Assembly: GCA_965223905.1 (NCBI GenBank)
Contig: CBDCXV010000001.1
Coordinates: 1,152,001 to 1,216,000 of the forward strand
Direction of reading: 5' to 3'
DNA from: Candidatus Latescibacterota bacterium
GTDB taxonomy: Bacteria; Latescibacterota; UBA2968; UBA8231
Length of the DNA stretch: 64,000 nucleotides
Position 1 is the first letter of the stretch, and the number at the start of each line of letters is the position of its first letter. Below, piece by piece: positions 58,955-64,000 of the stretch. The notes under the pieces are model-generated. The model made no database searches. It saw only the letters and a program-made list of their open reading frames with translations, and had not been told where the DNA came from. Both the position numbers and the translations under genes were made by a program.

Positions 58955-61798
58955 TCAATTCACTCCGGCGAAGACGGTGATGAAGCTGGTGGTCTCTGTC
59001 CTGCCTGCACTCACCTTCTCGACCTGTCCGGGAACTCCTTCCCGTGCTTGAACCTGCTCCACCGAGACCCGCGCCAGCCGCAGGCCGATGTGTGTCGTCA
59101 AGCGGTAGCCCAGATACGACGAGCGGTTGGCCACCTGGACGGCCACGTTGACGGAGCGTTCATCCCCGGTCGGGCCGACCCTGCCCGTCTCTACCAGCTG
59201 GTCTTCGTCCATCACCCTGTCGGCGAACTGGGCCAGCTCGATGCCCGCCGTCAGCGAGCTTTGGGTGAGGACCGGGACCTGGGCCAGGAGCATGGCCAAA
59301 CCAGTCCACTGCTTCTGCTCGCCCTCTTCTTTCACGAACGCATCCTGCCGCAGATACTCGCTCTTCAGACGCGGCCACAGCGTCAGGGACCCGAGGTTTA
59401 TGTCGTATTCGAGCTTGTTGATCAACCCGAACAGACTCGGCGCCCTTGCCATCTTGCGACCCGTCAGATCCCGGGGATCGTCCTGCGTCTGGTTGAAATA
59501 CTCGTACTTCAGCGTCCCCTCGACCTTCAGCTTCTCGATCGCCGTGTAGCTGAGCCCCAGCCACGCGGTGTTGATCCAAGTGTCCTGAGCCCGTAGAAAG
59601 TCCTTCACAATGGGTTGGGCCGGTGCACGGAGAAAAGGCGACAGCTGCCGACGATCATCAGGGATCGAATCCGAGGCCCGCCGAACCATGTCGAAAACGC
59701 GCACCCGACCTCGCCCCCCATAGGTCTTGTCGAAGGTGAACAGCCCGTAGGTGGTGGTGTTGTCCTGGTCGTCCGACTGCATGTGCTCGTCCGTGCGTCC
59801 CACCATCAACCGCATCTCCGGTGTCAGGTGCATCCCGAGGAAGGCGTTGTACCCTTCGCGGTCAGCCTTGTAGGGATAGTCAGGCAGATCGTCGTCTTCG
59901 AAACGGTCGATCCAGCCGTTGTTGTTCAGGTCGATTCCGAATAGAAGCTCGGGCCGCTCCACATCGTAGCGCAGAAACGGCTCCTCGTAGTCAGGCAGCT
60001 CGTTGGACACCAACCCGTTGTCGTTCTGGTTGAAATCGGAGATGCCATCGTTGTTCTCATCCCAGCCGGGGAATACGTTTCGATCTATCACACCCGAACC
60101 CGGGCGCACCCAGTCCGCCACCGCGTCCTGATCGTCGTTGTCGTCCACGAACTCGAAGACCCGAAGGGTGGGTCGGTCGTACTGCGTATTCCCGCCTCCA
60201 TCCACGACGAAGGCGCTGCTGGCGTAGTCCTCGTCGATACCGTAGGCCTCGCCGTAGGCGAAGAATGGAAACTGCTGCTTGGAGAGTGTAACGTAGCGCG
60301 CATCGGCCTCCCGCCGGGAAATCTCGTGGCCCTCGTTCGCGTCGAAGAGGGTCGCATTGGGATACTGGAAGTAGCGGAAACTGCGGTCCCACTCCCCGTA
60401 GAAATCGATTCCCCAGATGTCCGTTCCCGCGATCGTAAAACCGGCCACCACGGTGGCGGTAGGCAGTCCGTAATCGAACTTCACCCGCTGGATGTTCGAG
60501 ATGTTCGTGACGTTGTCGGCAGCGCGGCGCACGACCAGGAGGGCAGGCTTTTCCGCGTCGATGAGGTCGCCGGTGAGCGGCGGCGACGGAACCCTGCTCT
60601 GGCCGGTCTGCCGGTTCGACCACAACTCGATCTTGAAATCGTTCGCCAGGACATAGTCGAACTCGACCTCGACGATGTTGGTGGCATCGAGTTCGGTGCC
60701 GTCATCTCGCACGAGCTGGAAGGCGGGATCGGTGAAGTCGTAGTTGAGGACGATGCGCTCGTCGCCGTCTGCGGCGATGAACCCGGTACGCACGAAGCCG
60801 CCGAACACGGCGGGCCACTCCGTCCCCGACCGCACCACCTGGTCCAGGGTCCACACCTGTTGGGTGTCCGTCTCGAAATCCTGCGTCGTGATGCGGATGT
60901 CGTGACTGAACAGGGCCGCACCACCCGCGCCGTCATCGGGCGAATCGTCGCTGAGAATGACGGCGATGGCCGTTACCGGAGCGCTGCCCTGACCGGCCGT
61001 CAGGTTGCCAGCCAGAAAGTTGCCGCTGAACAGATCGAGGGCGGTGTAGGAGTTGCGGCCGTCGACGAAGGTGCCGCCCAGGGTGATCCGATCGCTCACG
61101 TCGACCTCGGCTCGAACGCCGACAAGGCTGGTGGAATTCGTCGTCCGCCGCGGCTGTGGAACGGCCAGCCTGAGGGGATCGCTGATGCGCGAGGCGAGCA
61201 CGGTGAAGGCGTACCTGTCGGAAACGAGGTCCGCCTGGATGCCGTTGAAGGCGGGCTTCGAAAACGTCATCGGCGTCAGCGTCGTGCGAATCTGATTACC
61301 TACAGTGATGGCGTAGGCATCGTCCCCTTTCCGGTCGCTGCTGACGGTGACCTTGCTGAACCACTGAGTAAATTGGTTACTCTTGAACAAGGCGCTGCCG
61401 TCCTGCGTCGGCTGTGACTGCCGCCAGTCGTAGACGAGCCAGCCCCGGCTGAGGTAATCGCCGAAGAAATCGTAGAAGTAGTCCCCCTCGCGAACCGTGC
61501 TGACGTAGCGCTGGTATCGATTGCGGGCGTAGTTGGAGTATTCCCTCTGGTTCCACTGGTACTCGACGAACAGCTCCTGCGGTACATACCAGCGCTGCAC
61601 CGTCGGGTCGAGCGCGCCGAAGAGCACTCCGGAGCCACGGGGATCGAAGCTCACTTTGCGGCCGCGCTGCGCGTCGCGAGCGCCGTACGACTGGGCCCCG
61701 GGTCCATCGACCGCGGACAACACGACGACCAAAAGGCACGCGAGAATCCTGTGAACATCCCTCGATGGTCTGTGTCTGTCTGCGGCGGCCGACGGCAT
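58955..61798 (-). CDS. Large secreted hypothetical protein (paralog A) with Asp-rich motifs
   Basis: Same conserved blocks as paralog B; C terminus ITVFAG. Confidence 0.75.
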   Translation of the reverse strand: MPSAAADRHRPSRDVHRILACLLVVVLSAVDGPGAQSYGARDAQRGRKVSFDPRGSGVLFGALDPTVQRWYVPQELFVEYQWNQREYSNYARNRYQRYVSTVREGDYFYDFFGDYLSRGWLVYDWRQSQPTQDGSALFKSNQFTQWFSKVTVSSDRKGDDAYAITVGNQIRTTLTPMTFSKPAFNGIQADLVSDRYAFTVLASRISDPLRLAVPQPRRTTNSTSLVGVRAEVDVSDRITLGGTFVDGRNSYTALDLFSGNFLAGNLTAGQGSAPVTAIAVILSDDSPDDGAGGAALFSHDIRITTQDFETDTQQVWTLDQVVRSGTEWPAVFGGFVRTGFIAADGDERIVLNYDFTDPAFQLVRDDGTELDATNIVEVEFDYVLANDFKIELWSNRQTGQSRVPSPPLTGDLIDAEKPALLVVRRAADNVTNISNIQRVKFDYGLPTATVVAGFTIAGTDIWGIDFYGEWDRSFRYFQYPNATLFDANEGHEISRREADARYVTLSKQQFPFFAYGEAYGIDEDYASSAFVVDGGGNTQYDRPTLRVFEFVDDNDDQDAVADWVRPGSGVIDRNVFPGWDENNDGISDFNQNDNGLVSNELPDYEEPFLRYDVERPELLFGIDLNNNGWIDRFEDDDLPDYPYKADREGYNAFLGMHLTPEMRLMVGRTDEHMQSDDQDNTTTYGLFTFDKTYGGRGRVRVFDMVRRASDSIPDDRRQLSPFLRAPAQPIVKDFLRAQDTWINTAWLGLSYTAIEKLKVEGTLKYEYFNQTQDDPRDLTGRKMARAPSLFGLINKLEYDINLGSLTLWPRLKSEYLRQDAFVKEEGEQKQWTGLAMLLAQVPVLTQSSLTAGIELAQFADRVMDEDQLVETGRVGPTGDERSVNVAVQVANRSSYLGYRLTTHIGLRLARVSVEQVQAREGVPGQVEKVSAGRTETTSFITVFAGVN

Positions 61799-61811
61799 AA
61801 CGAGCGTCCCC

Positions 61812-64000
61812 TCAATAAGCGACTGCGATGACGCCGGTAGCGGTCGATACGACGCCGACGGAAGTCGACACTCTGGGTCCGGCGTCCACGGAAACCGAAT
61901 AGATGTAATTGCCAGGCGGCGTCAGGTCGCCGCCGGCGTCGGTGCCATCCCAAGGCCAGGCAAAACGACCGCTGCTGCGAAGCTCCTCACGGCTCACGAT
62001 CAAGCGCCCCGAGAGATCGTAGATCTTTATCTGCACCAATGTGGGAGCCCCGATATTCGTGAGGTCGAAGCGGATGAGGGACCTGTCGTTGGCACCGTCT
62101 CCGTTCGGCGTCACGACAGGCGGGTCGGCTTCCACGTTTACGAGCAGGTTCGGGGTAATCGGCACGACCACCGACAGGTTCCTCGAACCGAGACTGCCGA
62201 CGGGCCGTTGAGGTGGGTCGGGATCGGGCCGATCGGGCCTGCTGAGATCCGCCGCATTGCCGGCGATAACCGACTGACCCACGACGGGATTGTCGGCATT
62301 GCGCACCCGCGCCGTGAACTGGGTGCCGAAGCGCAGAACGGCATTGTCGAAGTCGACCCTGATCAGACCGCCGCTCTGCATCCGCGGAAACGAAATGACG
62401 AAGCCGTCGTCCCGCACCTCGGTGATGGAGATGTTGTCGGCCGTGAGGGGCAGAGCTTCGTCGCTCAGAGCGCTGCCGGAAAAATCGGCCCGCTCCACGA
62501 CTCCGTCCGACCCGCTGATGACGACCTCGCGCACGGCGGACGTCCGCAAGGGGGTGTCGATCTCCAGCTGATCGAAACCGATGCCACGAGGGCCGGGCCG
62601 GTTCAAAACCGCGTAGGTAAACGGTGTCGTCTCGCCTACGACCGCGGTGCGCGGCAGGATCTCGGCGATCAGGGAATCTGTCAACGCCGGCCGCGACACG
62701 TCGAAAGCGAGCCCTCCGAGGCCGGTGGCGGAGTCGAAGGAACCATTTTCGAACTCCACCATGAACTGGAAGTATCGCCGCGGGTTCGGCGAGGTGACCG
62801 GCACCCCGGCTCCCAGACTCCCCAGCGCGTCACTCTCCACGAGTCCAGACAGGGAATACGGAGCGGACCAGTCACTCCAGTTGGTCAGGTCGTCCTTCAG
62901 ATTTCTCTTGTCGCTGTCGGCTACGCCCGCGTAGTAGTCCCGATCGATCTCGAGCTCCAGTCTCTGCTCGAGGGGCAGCTCACTGAAGAAGAGGAGGGCC
63001 TCTCTGCCATCGACATCGGGGTTGTCCAGGACGGTCGTCACGATGCTCTTCAACTCGGCATCCTCGACGTCGGCCGCCCGTTTCCACAGAGCGTCGATAG
63101 GGATGTCGTGCGGCTGTATCCCGCCGCTGCCGAGCACGGACGCCGATGTCACGTGCACGAGGATGACGCGTCCCGACGCCTGCAGTCCAACGCGGGGATA
63201 CACGATTGGCTGCGGATCGACGCCGGTGCGGGTGCGGATCTGCGCCTTCGCCAAGAACGGATCGCCCCTGTGCTCGAGAACCCAGCGGATGTTCCCCAGC
63301 AGGGAGGGCTCGTCAAAATCGAAGACGTTCGAGACGTATCTGGCCTCGGGCACATAGCCGCGGGCGAAGATCTGGAATTCGGCGATCTCGAAGTCTGTAT
63401 TGGAGAGCGATTTGAGCCTCAGATGACGGACGAACTGCGGCTCGAATTTCAGGTCGACCACCGCGTCCTCGTTCTGGGGCACGAATCCCCCATCGAGATT
63501 CGGGAAACGGAGGATGTTGTCGCGTTCGTTCTCCGGCGCTCCGTCGTTGACGAAGATCTCGAACCCCTTGAGGAAGTCCCTCTGAAACGGATATCGAGGT
63601 GCGGGATAGTCGGAGTCGGCGTTGCGAGGAAAGAACTTGATCCGGTTGATGCCGAAGATGGCTCCCAGGTCGAACTGGATGATCATGCCGAAGGCGTTGG
63701 CGCTCTGCCCGGGCTCGTCCGCCCGCACCTCGAGGGCGGTGTCCCCGTCGTCGTCGATCATGAGGGAAAAGCTCTTCTCGAGATCGCGAAAGCCGAAGGT
63801 CGGCGTGGTCATGCTGCCGCCGCGCGCCTCCAGGGCGAGCATGATGTTCTGAGTGGTGTCCGCTCGTTGCGGAAAGATCCAGTTCGCCCTGTCCGCCACG
63901 CCGAAATCGATGACCCCGCCGGGAGCGTTCGTCTGTTCCACGGAGTGGGCCCCCCGGATTACGATCGCATCGATTTTTTTACACCGGTCGCACGATGCTC
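61812..64000 (-). CDS. Large protein with C-terminal FlgD-Ig-like domain (frame open to the window edge)
   Basis: TPNGDGAND..IYDLSGRLI..WDGTD..PPGNY..AVAY; paralogous to 51667-54252. Confidence 0.75.
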   Translation of the reverse strand, partial: ASCDRCKKIDAIVIRGAHSVEQTNAPGGVIDFGVADRANWIFPQRADTTQNIMLALEARGGSMTTPTFGFRDLEKSFSLMIDDDGDTALEVRADEPGQSANAFGMIIQFDLGAIFGINRIKFFPRNADSDYPAPRYPFQRDFLKGFEIFVNDGAPENERDNILRFPNLDGGFVPQNEDAVVDLKFEPQFVRHLRLKSLSNTDFEIAEFQIFARGYVPEARYVSNVFDFDEPSLLGNIRWVLEHRGDPFLAKAQIRTRTGVDPQPIVYPRVGLQASGRVILVHVTSASVLGSGGIQPHDIPIDALWKRAADVEDAELKSIVTTVLDNPDVDGREALLFFSELPLEQRLELEIDRDYYAGVADSDKRNLKDDLTNWSDWSAPYSLSGLVESDALGSLGAGVPVTSPNPRRYFQFMVEFENGSFDSATGLGGLAFDVSRPALTDSLIAEILPRTAVVGETTPFTYAVLNRPGPRGIGFDQLEIDTPLRTSAVREVVISGSDGVVERADFSGSALSDEALPLTADNISITEVRDDGFVISFPRMQSGGLIRVDFDNAVLRFGTQFTARVRNADNPVVGQSVIAGNAADLSRPDRPDPDPPQRPVGSLGSRNLSVVVPITPNLLVNVEADPPVVTPNGDGANDRSLIRFDLTNIGAPTLVQIKIYDLSGRLIVSREELRSSGRFAWPWDGTDAGGDLTPPGNYIYSVSVDAGPRVSTSVGVVSTATGVIAVAY

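Overview
GC-rich bacterial chromosomal window. The gene content (FlgD-Ig-tailed giant proteins, many PhyH dioxygenases, a C-terminal SWGxVK motif) suggests a Candidatus Latescibacterota-like FCB-group organism; this is an inference only. Positions 1-22 kb hold housekeeping and catabolic genes (triple-DUF5069 protein, peptidase C26, sulfatase maturase, hflX, glnD, SSS transporter, TPP enzyme, PhyH dioxygenases), with one ISKra4-family and one IS1380-family insertion that each split a gene. The main finding lies at 23.1-39.2 kb: an integron-like platform. A divergently oriented XerD-like tyrosine recombinase that lacks the IntI-specific insertion precedes a palindromic attI-like site and about 15 kb of co-oriented, unrelated, lower-GC genes (NYN, TIR, Nif3, methyltransferase, VOC, AAC(3), GH32-like, NUDIX and others). 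The first cassettes are separated by about 100-nt branched attC-like sites with a conserved CTTGGCCTTCGGCA core, and each cassette's left end is the reverse complement of its own right end. Positions 39-46.6 kb hold TA/defence genes, a second ISKra4 copy inside an SDR gene, and an IS110 relic. Positions 46.7-64 kb hold an ASPIC/UnbV-TPR pair and an uncharacterised operon of giant paralogous secreted proteins with a parvulin chaperone. No tRNA, rRNA or CRISPR array was recognised. All family assignments come from motif recognition, not database searches.
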